From: Aliivibrio fischeri ES114
Lineage (GTDB): Bacteria; Pseudomonadota; Gammaproteobacteria; Enterobacterales; Vibrionaceae
Reading direction: 5' to 3' (one strand)
Assembly (NCBI RefSeq): GCF_000011805.1
Contig: NC_006840.2
Length of the DNA: 32,000 nt
A program made the translations under genes and the position numbers. Positions 16,602 through 25,645 of this stretch are shown here, piece after piece (position 1 is the stretch's first letter; each line of letters opens with the position of its first letter). The notes under the pieces were generated by a model. That model ran no database searches. It was not told the DNA's origin and saw only the letters and a program-made list of their open reading frames with translations.

Positions 16602-16633
16602 AATGCCGATGACGTTAATCATCGGCATTTTTG
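16602..16633. terminator. Bidirectional rho-independent terminator (small ORF / aqpZ)
   Basis: AATGCCGATGA (16602-16612) pairs with TCATCGGCATT (16619-16629). It is flanked by A-runs upstream and TTTT downstream. Confidence 0.85.
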
Positions 16634-16657
16634 TATGTGTTTATAATGAAACAGCGA

Positions 16658-17344
16658 TTATGATTCTTTCGCCATTACTTTATAGATAAGTGCACCAATT
16701 ACCGCACCTACAATCGGAGCAACCCAGAACAACCAAAGTTGTGATGTTGCCCAATCACCAACATAAACCGCTACTGCTGTACTACGAGCTGGGTTAACTG
16801 ATGTATTTGTTACAGGGATACTGATAAGGTGGATAAGTGTTAAACACAGACCAATTGCAATTGGAGCAAAACCTGCTGGAGCACGACTATCTGTTGCACC
16901 CATAATCACAATTAAGAACATTGCAGTTAGTACTACTTCTGTAATAAGTGCAGCTGTCATTGTGTAACCACCTGGAGAGTGTTCACCAAAACCATTTGAT
17001 GCAAAACCACCAGCTAGATCAAAACCTGCTTGACCGCTTGCGATTAGGTATAAAATACCACCTGCCGCAATACCACCAAGAACTTGAGATACGATGTATG
17101 GAACTAAGTCTTTAGCATCAAAACGGCCACCTACCCATAAACCAACTGATACTGCTGGGTTTAAGTGACAACCTGAAATGTGACCAATGGCAAACGCCAT
17201 GGTTAATACTGTTAGACCAAATGCCAGTGATACACCAACAAACCCGATACCAAGTTCAGGAAACGCTGCCGCCAGTACTGCACTACCACAACCACCCAGT
17301 ACAAGCCAAAATGTACCAATAAACTCTGCCATGTATTTATTCAT
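16658..17344 (-). CDS. aqpZ: Aquaporin Z
   Basis: [66 protein letters not shown] and the second NPA (SVNPARS) are collinear with E. coli AqpZ. I prefer the ATG at 17344 (AGGA 6 nt upstream); the track start at 17407 would add 21 non-homologous residues. Confidence 0.95.
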   Translation of the reverse strand: MNKYMAEFIGTFWLVLGGCGSAVLAAAFPELGIGFVGVSLAFGLTVLTMAFAIGHISGCHLNPAVSVGLWVGGRFDAKDLVPYIVSQVLGGIAAGGILYLIASGQAGFDLAGGFASNGFGEHSPGGYTMTAALITEVVLTAMFLIVIMGATDSRAPAGFAPIAIGLCLTLIHLISIPVTNTSVNPARSTAVAVYVGDWATSQLWLFWVAPIVGAVIGALIYKVMAKES

Positions 17345-17594
17345 AATTATTCCTATGTTGTTATGTCTTGATTTCAGTATTAATTTTTTATACGAACCAA
17401 GTTTCATTGAAAATAAATATAGGTGATGGTTAACAAATTAGACACTTAAATATTTCAATTTATTTCTGATTTTCATTTTTAAGACACAATTTTTAAAGAT
17501 AAAACACCTTCTAACGCTTAAATTACAATAACTTGCTTATAAAGCAGGCAAAATTCACTTCTGATTTTTTATTAACAATACCCCAAAAACAACA

Positions 17595-17618
17595 AAAGCT
17601 TGGATTTCGCCAAGCTTT
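17595..17618 (-). terminator. Terminator after the YceI-like gene
   Basis: AAAGCTTGG (17595-17603) pairs with CCAAGCTTT (17610-17618). On the minus strand the stem is followed by TTGTTGTTTTT. Confidence 0.65.
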
Positions 17619-17637
17619 TATAAGAGTTAATCTCAGT

Positions 17638-18210
17638 TTATTTCTTAAATACCAGAGTTAATGATACGGGTACTCTGTCTGAGATTTTAATCCCACCAAC
17701 CGTTGCCGCAAGTTTGGTTAAGTTCTCACTTGGGATCCCAAAATCAGAAGCCCCTATAATGACCGCAGAAGAAGAACTAACCATCACACGATTCCCCTCT
17801 TCTAACACCACCACAGGAAAATTTATTGATTTGGTTTTTCCATATAACGTTACTTTCGCTGGGATCACTAGCTTTTTAGGACCACTAGATAATGCTGATA
17901 AATCAACTTTACCGCTGACTTCCACTTCTGGGTATTTCACCGATTCAAAGAACAGCTCATTTAATCGGTTATCTCGAATAGGAATGCCAGTGCTTATCCC
18001 TTTAAGATCGACATCGATAGTAAATTCACCGCTTTTGTTTAGTTCGCCAGATAACGTGTTTATCGTCGCTGGCTCTACAACAAATTGATTTTTGATTGTT
18101 GTAAAGCTAACAGAGGATAGTTCTGGCTCTAAAAGGTAGTTATCGGCAGCAAAAGAAGATGTAGAGATAAGAACTAAAGCAAAACTAAGAGATGATATTA
18201 TTTTTTTCAT
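17638..18210 (-). CDS. YceI-like periplasmic (polyisoprenoid-binding) family protein
   Basis: Signal peptide MKKIISSLSFALVLISTSSFA. The pattern Y-x-L-x5-S-x-V-x-F...TGIPIRDNRLNELFFESVKYPE...AKVTLYGKT...DFGI fits YceI-family conservation as I recall it. Confidence 0.7.
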   Translation of the reverse strand: MKKIISSLSFALVLISTSSFAADNYLLEPELSSVSFTTIKNQFVVEPATINTLSGELNKSGEFTIDVDLKGISTGIPIRDNRLNELFFESVKYPEVEVSGKVDLSALSSGPKKLVIPAKVTLYGKTKSINFPVVVLEEGNRVMVSSSSAVIIGASDFGIPSENLTKLAATVGGIKISDRVPVSLTLVFKK

Positions 18211-18590
18211 TATTGTTACCCTTATATTGAGTTATTGTTTTGGAGCAATCGAATAATACTCCGAATAAAATGAATCAAATAAAGAATTAAATCGATGACT
18301 TTGGCGAATTTTTTCAATGAGATTTTGTTCACAATTCAACCAATGTAAATGAACTATTTTTCTACCAATAAATATTAATAATTAATGGCATTAGATTGAT
18401 AAGCCGTATAACTCGGTCACTAGAATTACCTAACCTCTAATGTCAGTTTCTTGTCAAAACAAAGGAATAACATCGTAAAGAGATCTTAAGTAAGTATATT
18501 GACAGCATATTCATTACATTCTCACGCATAGCAAATTTTAATTAATATTAAAGAGAAGTATTCAGCATTTGATGCCATTTAAGAGTTTTC

Positions 18591-20501
18591 ATGTCTAAAC
18601 AAAAAACACCATTTCGAAACCACCAATTTGAAACATCATTATTTAATCAGCGTGTGATTGTTGCTTTTCTATTTATGTTGGTTGCTATTGGCGGTTTGGT
18701 TTTTAATTTATATCACTTACAAGTAAGAAATCACGATAGGTATCAGGTTCGCTCAAATAGAAATCGCATTAAAATAATTCCTGTAGCACCAAATCGTGGC
18801 CTCATTTACGACCGAAATGGCGTCGTATTAGCGCAAAATATACCCGTTTCAACTCTAGAGTTAACCCCGGCAAAAATTGATGATATCAACGCAACTCTTA
18901 CCTCATTACAAAAATTATTAAATTTAAGTGACCATGACATAGCGAAATTTAAAAAATTAATGCATCGAACCCGAAGTACCAAGCCTATTACTCTCATAGA
19001 GCAAATGAGTGAAGTACAAATTGCTAAATTTTCTGTGAATCAATTTCATTATAATGGCACTAACATTAACGCCTATCTTGAACGATATTACCCATATGGT
19101 GAAAGCCTCACTCACGTTTTGGGCTATGTCGGAAAGATTAACGACCGCGATATTCGAACTCTTAAAAAAGACAATAGATACACAAATTATGAAGGAACTC
19201 ATGCTATAGGAAAGTTAGGTATTGAGCTCTATTATGAAAGCACATTACATGGTAAATCAGGCTATCAAAAGGTAGAAATAAACAGCCATGGACGCATAGT
19301 ACGAACTCTTGACTATGTGGCACCAATACCAGGTAAAGACATTAAATTAAATATTGATTTAGGCTTGCAGTTATACGCCTACAACCAACTAAAAATAAAA
19401 AAAGAAAACCCAATCACTCATAAAATGGAAGATTATCATCGTCGTGGTTCTATTGTTGTTTTAGACCCTAGAGATGACTCTGTATTGGCCATGGTATCGA
19501 GCCCTAGCTATGATCCAAATCTATTTGTTCATGGCATTTCTTCAAAACATTACAATGCATTATTAAACAACCCTGATCTTCCATTATTAAATAGAACAAC
19601 TTTAGGTATTTATCCTCCTGGCTCTACCGTAAAACCACAAATAGCAGTAGCTGCATTAAGTGAAAAAGTCATCACACCGAATACAACCACCAACTTTCCT
19701 GGTTGGTGGCGAATTCCACACTCAAAAAGTCGTAAATTTAGAGATGATATACGTTGGGGTCATGGTGAAGTTAATGTCGTAAAAGCCATTGAAAAATCAG
19801 TAGATACCTTCTTTTATCAAGTTGCATACGATATGGGAATAGACCGATTATCAACATGGATGAATAAATTTGGTTATGGTAAACCATCAGGGATTGATAT
19901 AAGAGAAGAGAGCCCTGCCAATATGCCTACTCGGGATTGGAAACACTCAAACTATCACCAAGCTTGGTATAAAGGCGATACTATCCCTGTTGGAATTGGA
20001 CAAGGTTATTGGACTGCAACCCCAATGCAAATTGCAAAAGCCACTGCGGTTATAGCAGATGAAGGCATTGTTCACCGACCACACTTATTAAAATCAGTCA
20101 TGGAAGATGGGAAGTTTAAGCCAATAATATTTAAAGATTTCCCGAAAGTTAATCACACTAAAAAACAGTATTGGAATTTAGCAAAAGAAGGAATGCATCG
20201 AGTAATTGTATCTGGTACTGCTCGAAAATTATTTCAAAATTTAGCTTATAAAGCTGGTGGTAAAACAGGAACAAGTCAGGTATTTGGTTTAGATAAAGGG
20301 GAGGAATATAATTCTGAAGACGTCGCTGAACACCTTCGTGATCATGCTTTGTTTACTAGCTTTGCTCCTTTAGATAAGCCCAAAGTTTTAGTTGCGGCGG
20401 TATTAGAGAATGCTGGTTGGGGGAAATATGCAGCCCCTATTGGTCGTAACATAATGGATTACGTATTAATCAATCCCAAAATTAGTTTAGATCATACTTA
20501 G
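18591..20501 (+). CDS. Penicillin-binding protein 2 (class B transpeptidase, MrdA-type) paralog, not followed by rodA
   Basis: Collinear with E. coli PBP2: N-terminal TM, RSNRNRIKIIPVAPNRGLIYDRNG, SPSYDPNLFVHGISSKHYNALLN, catalytic STVKP, SVD (E. coli SAD), KTGT, and GQGYWTATPMQ. Confidence 0.88.
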   Translation: MSKQKTPFRNHQFETSLFNQRVIVAFLFMLVAIGGLVFNLYHLQVRNHDRYQVRSNRNRIKIIPVAPNRGLIYDRNGVVLAQNIPVSTLELTPAKIDDINATLTSLQKLLNLSDHDIAKFKKLMHRTRSTKPITLIEQMSEVQIAKFSVNQFHYNGTNINAYLERYYPYGESLTHVLGYVGKINDRDIRTLKKDNRYTNYEGTHAIGKLGIELYYESTLHGKSGYQKVEINSHGRIVRTLDYVAPIPGKDIKLNIDLGLQLYAYNQLKIKKENPITHKMEDYHRRGSIVVLDPRDDSVLAMVSSPSYDPNLFVHGISSKHYNALLNNPDLPLLNRTTLGIYPPGSTVKPQIAVAALSEKVITPNTTTNFPGWWRIPHSKSRKFRDDIRWGHGEVNVVKAIEKSVDTFFYQVAYDMGIDRLSTWMNKFGYGKPSGIDIREESPANMPTRDWKHSNYHQAWYKGDTIPVGIGQGYWTATPMQIAKATAVIADEGIVHRPHLLKSVMEDGKFKPIIFKDFPKVNHTKKQYWNLAKEGMHRVIVSGTARKLFQNLAYKAGGKTGTSQVFGLDKGEEYNSEDVAEHLRDHALFTSFAPLDKPKVLVAAVLENAGWGKYAAPIGRNIMDYVLINPKISLDHT

Positions 20502-20692
20502 TACCGAACAACTGCCTTATCAATATAACACGAGTAGTTATACCTCAATCATCGAAATTAAATGCCGTTTGCAAATAAAAAATATATTTACAAGCGGCAC
20601 ACTAATTTTTCTTCACCTTCCCTCCCTAATGCCTTGCGATTGTGTGATAGATCTCTGATAATCAATGTATTGCTTATCATTGGACATCACTT

Positions 20693-22117
20693 ATGCCACA
20701 AAACAATGCACCTAGTTTCTTCTTCTTTGATTATGAAACATGGGGAACTAGCCCTTCTCTTGATCGACCGTGCCAATTTGCTGGTGTCCGCACTGATGAA
20801 GATTTCAATATTATCGGTGAGCCTTTAGTTATTTACTGCCGTCCTCCAGTTGATTACCTTCCCTCACCTGAAGCATGTTTGATTACGGGTATTACGCCAC
20901 AAACAGCCGTTAATAAAGGGCTTTCTGAACCAGAATTTATTGCCAAAATTCATCATGAATTATCACAGCCTAATACGTGTTCTTTAGGTTATAACAACAT
21001 TCGTTTTGATGATGAGGTTTCTCGTTACACGCTTTATCGTAACTTCTTTGAGCCTTACGGTTGGAGCTGGCAAAACGGCAACTCTCGTTGGGATCTATTA
21101 GATGTAATGCGTGCGGTTTATGCACTTCGCCCTGAAGGCATTAATTGGCCTAAAGATGAAGAAGGCAGACCAAGTTTTAAACTGGAAAACCTGTCTGTTG
21201 CTAATGGCATTGAACACGCCAATGCCCACGATGCAATGGCCGATGTTATCGCAACCATTGAGCTGGCTAAAAAAGTAAAACAAGCGCAGCCAAAAATGTT
21301 TAACTATTTGCTTTCTATGCGTAACAAGAAGAAAGCAGCAACATTAATCGACATAGTTGAAATGACACCACTGATGCATGTTTCAGGCATGTTTGGTGTA
21401 GATAGAGGTAACATCAGTTGGATAGTGCCTGTGGCTTGGCATCCAACCAATAACAATGCCGTTATTACTATTGATTTGGCTTTAGATCCAAGTGTTTTTC
21501 TTGAGTTGAATGTTGAAGAACTGCATCAGCGTATGTACACCAAACGTTCTGAACTTGGCCCTGATGAGCTTCCTGTTCCTGTTAAATTAGTGCATTTAAA
21601 TAAGTGCCCTGTTCTTGCGCCTGCAAAAACATTAACTGCTGAAAATGCCGCTAATTTGAATGTTGACCGTGAAGCGTGTTTACGTAATCTTAAAGTGATA
21701 CGTGAAAATCCTGAGATCAGACAAAAACTGATTGAGCTGTACAGCATTGAGCCAAACTACGAAAAATCAACTAATGTAGATACACTTCTTTACGATGGTT
21801 TCTTCTCTCATGCTGATAAAGCGACCATTGATATTATTCGTCAATCAACGCCTGAGCAGTTAATTGACTTTGAACCAAACGTGACAGATCCACGTATCAA
21901 ACCACTGTTATTCCGATACCGTGCACGTAACTTCCCGCACACATTAAACGAAGCTGAGCAATTAAGATGGCACGCTCACCTTCAAGACTATTTTCAAACT
22001 CACTTGCCAGATTATGAAGCGAGTTTTGAAAATCTATACCTTGAGTCCGAAGGTAATGACAAAAAAGTGGCTATTTTAAAAGCCGTGTATAACTACGTAC
22101 AACAATTAATATCATGA
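20693..22117 (+). CDS. sbcB: Exodeoxyribonuclease I
   Basis: FFFFDYETWGTSPSLDRPCQFAGVRTDEDFNIIGEP, GYNNIRFDDEV, SRWDLLDVMRAVYALRPEGINWP and NAHDAMADV are collinear with E. coli SbcB. Confidence 0.95.
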   Translation: MPQNNAPSFFFFDYETWGTSPSLDRPCQFAGVRTDEDFNIIGEPLVIYCRPPVDYLPSPEACLITGITPQTAVNKGLSEPEFIAKIHHELSQPNTCSLGYNNIRFDDEVSRYTLYRNFFEPYGWSWQNGNSRWDLLDVMRAVYALRPEGINWPKDEEGRPSFKLENLSVANGIEHANAHDAMADVIATIELAKKVKQAQPKMFNYLLSMRNKKKAATLIDIVEMTPLMHVSGMFGVDRGNISWIVPVAWHPTNNNAVITIDLALDPSVFLELNVEELHQRMYTKRSELGPDELPVPVKLVHLNKCPVLAPAKTLTAENAANLNVDREACLRNLKVIRENPEIRQKLIELYSIEPNYEKSTNVDTLLYDGFFSHADKATIDIIRQSTPEQLIDFEPNVTDPRIKPLLFRYRARNFPHTLNEAEQLRWHAHLQDYFQTHLPDYEASFENLYLESEGNDKKVAILKAVYNYVQQLIS

Positions 22118-22464
22118 TTAAATATCTTTATTCTTTCGCTTGGATCTTCGCCTCGTTGTTTGCTGGTAACGGCATTCAATCTTGGTTGAACATATCTGTT
22201 CCGGGAAGCATTATTGGAATGCTTATTTTATTCACCGCTATGGTTATCGGTATTTGCAAACCAGATTGGACAGCCACAGGTTGCCAATTTTTCATGCGCA
22301 ATATGCTGATCTTGTTTATTCCTATTTCGGTAGGTTTAATGACCCATTTTGATTTGCTACTTAACAATGCAATTCCAATTATTGTGAGTACGGCGGGTGG
22401 TTCATTATTAGTATTGGTTTGCTTAGCACTCTTTATCGACAAAATTGATAGAGGTAACAGCTAA
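22114..22464 (+). CDS. yohJ: LrgA/CidA-family small membrane protein (YohJ-like)
   Basis: 116 aa with four hydrophobic segments. The start overlaps the sbcB stop (ATGA). The yohJ-yohK-cdd order matches E. coli. Confidence 0.8.
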   Translation: MIKYLYSFAWIFASLFAGNGIQSWLNISVPGSIIGMLILFTAMVIGICKPDWTATGCQFFMRNMLILFIPISVGLMTHFDLLLNNAIPIIVSTAGGSLLVLVCLALFIDKIDRGNS

Positions 22465-23138
22465 TGTGGGTCATTCTTACGCTTATCGTTTTTTACTCTG
22501 CTCGTTGGTTTGCAAAACGTTTCCCTCACCCAGTGAATAACCCGTTATTGCTGAGTGTGTGTATTGTTATTCCTATCTTGATGGTTCTGCATGTACCTTA
22601 CGAAACCTATTATGCTGATAATGCTTTCCTAAGTTACTTGTTACAGCCTGCGGTGGTTGCACTTGCTTATCCTTTATATGAGCAATTACCTCATATTCGA
22701 GCGAACTGGAAAATCATCTTGCTTGCATGTAGTGTGGGGTCGTTGTTCTCAATGATCTCTGGTGCGTTCCTTGCGGTTTGGATGGGAGCCGATATGCAAC
22801 TGGTTGCAAGTATTTTACCAAAATCAGTGACAACGCCTATTGCTATGGCTATTTCAAGTCAGCTTGAAGGTGAAGCGGCAATCGCAGCAATCTTAGTACT
22901 TCTGGCTGGTTTGATGGGAGCAATTTTTGCTTACCCAATTTATAACATGTTGGGTATTAAGAGCTCACTTGCTCGTGGTCTAACAATGGGGAATGTCTCT
23001 CACGCATTGGGTACAGCTCAAGCAGCTGAAGAGAATCCACAAGATGCCGCATTCAGTTCATTAGCCCTAGTTATTTGTGGGATCATCACTTCTCTCGTTG
23101 CACCGATTATCTACTCCTTCATGGTAATGATGAAATAA
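22464..23138 (+). CDS. yohK: LrgB/CidB-family membrane protein (YohK-like)
   Basis: 224 aa polytopic membrane protein with KSVTTPIAMAIS and GNVSHALGTA motifs typical of LrgB. The start overlaps the yohJ stop by 1 nt (TAATG). Confidence 0.85.
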   Translation: MWVILTLIVFYSARWFAKRFPHPVNNPLLLSVCIVIPILMVLHVPYETYYADNAFLSYLLQPAVVALAYPLYEQLPHIRANWKIILLACSVGSLFSMISGAFLAVWMGADMQLVASILPKSVTTPIAMAISSQLEGEAAIAAILVLLAGLMGAIFAYPIYNMLGIKSSLARGLTMGNVSHALGTAQAAEENPQDAAFSSLALVICGIITSLVAPIIYSFMVMMK

Positions 23139-23164
23139 TCGCGCTCAAAACAGCACCAATATGG

Positions 23165-23255
23165 TGTGACTTCTCTCTCATTGATGTAATTTATGTAACT
23201 TTACATCAATGAGTGTGATTTTGATCTATGTTTCCAGCTCAATTGTCACTAAAAT
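23165..23255 (+). promoter_or_regulatory. Candidate CRP/CytR-type cdd promoter region
   Basis: TGTGActtctcTCTCA (23165-23180) and TGTGAttttgaTCTAT (23214-23229) have centres 49 bp apart. A perfect 13 bp inverted repeat lies between them: CTCATTGATGTAA (23177-23189) and TTACATCAATGAG (23201-23213). TAAAAT lies at 23250-23255, which places the proximal site near -41. E. coli cddP has tandem CRP sites at -41.5 and -91.5 with CytR between them. Confidence 0.45.
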
Positions 23256-23289
23256 GATCCTATAAGAACTTAAAAGGATCACCCTACTC

Positions 23290-24183
23290 ATGACAAGACT
23301 ACAACAACGCTTAGAAGAAGCCCTAGCGAACTTACCTGACGCCCTGCGTACTTCATTAACACCAATTATTAATACTGAATTTAAAGGGGTAATTAGCAAG
23401 GAACAATTTCAATCACTGCAAGCTGACAGCCAGTTAAGCGATAAAGAATTACGTTTAGCTTTATTACCTCTTGCTGCTGCTTTCTCTGTTGCTCCTATTT
23501 CCAATTTTTATGTCGGTGCGATTGCTCGTGGTTTGACTGGTAACCTTTATTTTGGCGCAAACATGGAATACAACGATGTTCAACTTGGCCAAACTATTCA
23601 CGCTGAACAGTCGGCAATTAGCCATGCATGGATCCAAGGTGAAACGGGTATTTCTAACATTACGATCAACTTCAGCCCTTGTGGTCACTGTCGTCAATTT
23701 ATGAATGAGCTAACAACCGCTGATTCTTTAATGGTTCAACTTCCTGAGCGTAATGAAAAATCACTGCAAGAATACTTACCTGAGTCTTTTGGTCCTAAAG
23801 ATTTAGGCATTGAAGGCGGATTACTTGCTCCTCTTTCGCACAACTTAGCGTTAGAAACTGAGTCTCCACTGCTACGTAAAGCATTAGAAGCGGCAAACCG
23901 CAGTCACGCGCCTTACTCACATAATTTAAGTGGTATTGCGCTTGAGATGGAAAGTGGTGAAGTGTATTACGGTATGTATGCTGAAAATGCGGCGTTTAAC
24001 CCAAGCTTACCACCACTGCAAGTGGCGCTGGTTCATGCAAATATGTCTCGTGAAGACATCTTAACGGTTAAATCAGCTGCGCTAGTTGAAGATCACAAAG
24101 GCGCTATTAGCCACCTTGCGATTACACAAAGCACATTAGAAGCACTAAATCCGGATGTAACATTAGAATACGCTTCTTTATAA
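23290..24183 (+). CDS. cdd: Cytidine deaminase (two-domain, E. coli type)
   Basis: 297 aa. The zinc-site motifs HAEQSA and [12 protein letters not shown] are present. The protein is collinear with E. coli Cdd and follows yohJK as in E. coli. Confidence 0.95.
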   Translation: MTRLQQRLEEALANLPDALRTSLTPIINTEFKGVISKEQFQSLQADSQLSDKELRLALLPLAAAFSVAPISNFYVGAIARGLTGNLYFGANMEYNDVQLGQTIHAEQSAISHAWIQGETGISNITINFSPCGHCRQFMNELTTADSLMVQLPERNEKSLQEYLPESFGPKDLGIEGGLLAPLSHNLALETESPLLRKALEAANRSHAPYSHNLSGIALEMESGEVYYGMYAENAAFNPSLPPLQVALVHANMSREDILTVKSAALVEDHKGAISHLAITQSTLEALNPDVTLEYASL

Positions 24184-24216
24184 GAATCAGGGTTTACTCT
24201 TTAAATAGATGACTTA

Positions 24217-24247
24217 AAAGGAGGCTTTATTGGCCTCCTTTTTATTT
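24217..24247. terminator. Bidirectional terminator (cdd / amidase-like gene)
   Basis: AAAGGAGGC (24217-24225) pairs with GCCTCCTTT (24233-24241), followed by TTTATTT. Confidence 0.8.
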
Positions 24248-24265
24248 GATTAACATTTTTAATGT

Positions 24266-25429
24266 CTATTGATTGCCTTTCCAACGAATAGCCACATCAA
24301 TCAGTTGTCTATCCATTCCTTTTTGCCCAACTAATGAAATCCCCCAAGGAGAATCATTTACCGTAAACCAAGGTAAATGCAACTGAGGTAAATCCGCCAA
24401 ACTTGCTAACGAGGTGTATTTTAAAATTTGAGCATTCAATTTATATAATTGCTCATCCGTTGCCGTGATTGGTGGTGCAATATTGGCTGTTGTTGGCATA
24501 AGTAGCAGTGTTTTTTCATCTAAGATGGATTCTAAAACAGAGATCACTAACTCTCTTTGCTCTAAAGCGATCCTTTCATCTTTATATTTTAAAGATGCAA
24601 GCCACTTCATCTGCATCTTTATTTCATTACCTACTGCCGCTTTGTTCTTTTCATACCACAGTTCTAAATTACGCAAACCTCGCGTTGCTGAAAGCACTTT
24701 GAAGCTCTCTGCCGCCTTAGTGGTGATAATTTTACTGATCGATTTGCTGCGTATCACTTCATAAGGAGAAGATTTAATTAATGTCTCTAACTTTGTTTTC
24801 GCTTCTTCTGGAATATCTGCAAATAAGCTATCAAGTACGACAATACGTTCCACCGTCACCAATGGAGACATCGGGGTAAGCACGGTTGCCACTTTTCGTA
24901 TATCTGATAAATTTTTTGCGACCCACCCCAATGAAGTATCTTCTTTTGCAATACAATCGATACCTTGCATGTTTACTGCACTGGCTGATGCTTTAAAACC
25001 ATATAAACCAGCATATAAAGCAGGAACACGGATACCACCACCAAAATCAATACCTAAACCAATATCTGCATCGCCATTAACCACTGCTGCTACTGCACCA
25101 CTCGATGAGCCGCCAATAAAGCGCCCTTCGCTGTTTTTATTTGGTATTGGGCCGTAGTGTGGATTGTGTCCATGTAGACCAAACCCAAATTCGTCCATTT
25201 GAGTTTTACCAACGAATATAGCGCCTTTTTTTAATATAAGATCAACGGCAGGTGCGTTCTCTCTCGCTTTTCTTTGCTCTAATAACCACGTTGGATTACC
25301 TTGGCCATTTGGCGTGTTTTTTATATCAATGCAATCACTTACGACAAATTTTTTATTTTCTAAAAGGCCATAAAACGCCCATTGTTGTGACTCAACTTCA
25401 TGAGAGACATACATGGTTTGCTCATCCAT
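24266..25429 (-). CDS. Amidase-signature (AS) family protein with the nucleophile Ser replaced by Gly
   Basis: GKTQMDEF (catalytic Lys region) and IGGSSSGAVAAV (GGSS signature) are present. The nucleophile motif reads GIDFGGGIRVPA, whereas the family consensus is GTDTGGSIRIPA. The start is ambiguous: the ATG at 25429 lacks an SD, and an alternative ATG lies at 25414. Confidence 0.8.
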   Translation of the reverse strand: MDEQTMYVSHEVESQQWAFYGLLENKKFVVSDCIDIKNTPNGQGNPTWLLEQRKARENAPAVDLILKKGAIFVGKTQMDEFGFGLHGHNPHYGPIPNKNSEGRFIGGSSSGAVAAVVNGDADIGLGIDFGGGIRVPALYAGLYGFKASASAVNMQGIDCIAKEDTSLGWVAKNLSDIRKVATVLTPMSPLVTVERIVVLDSLFADIPEEAKTKLETLIKSSPYEVIRSKSISKIITTKAAESFKVLSATRGLRNLELWYEKNKAAVGNEIKMQMKWLASLKYKDERIALEQRELVISVLESILDEKTLLLMPTTANIAPPITATDEQLYKLNAQILKYTSLASLADLPQLHLPWFTVNDSPWGISLVGQKGMDRQLIDVAIRWKGNQ

Positions 25430-25573
25430 AATTCAGCGTACTGTTTAATTTCAAAAATGCAGCATACCAGTCACATAAATGAATACAATTTCACTCATTC
25501 TCATTATCAAGAAAACTATCAGTTACGTGATCCAGTTTGCATTTTTAATTCCATTCTATTTATAAGGAATAAA

Positions 25574-25589
25574 TAGCAAACGTTTGCGT
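25574..25589 (+). promoter_or_regulatory. PurR operator upstream of purT
   Basis: tAGCAAACGTTTGCGT matches the palindromic PurR box ACGCAAACGTTTGCGT at 14 of 16 positions. Confidence 0.75.
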
Positions 25590-25611
25590 ATTTAATTAAT
25601 TTTAGTATGAT
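25584..25611 (+). promoter_or_regulatory. purT sigma70 promoter candidate
   Basis: TTGCGT (25584-25589, inside the PurR box), a 16 nt spacer, then TATGAT (25606-25611). Confidence 0.55.
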
Positions 25612-25645
25612 AGCGCCATCTTTCTTTATTACATGAGAATTTCAT

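Noticed and set aside
17714-18088. 124-aa + strand ORF
   Set aside because: It is entirely antisense to the YceI-like gene, which has a signal peptide and family motifs. The + strand translation is low-complexity (S/T/P-rich).
20640-20670. TGTGAtagatcTCTGA as a CRP site upstream of sbcB
   Set aside because: There are two mismatches in the right half-site and no supporting promoter geometry.
20562-20828. 88-aa ORF overlapping the sbcB start
   Set aside because: It is out of frame with sbcB, whose N-terminus aligns with E. coli ExoI. It has no SD and no recognisable family.
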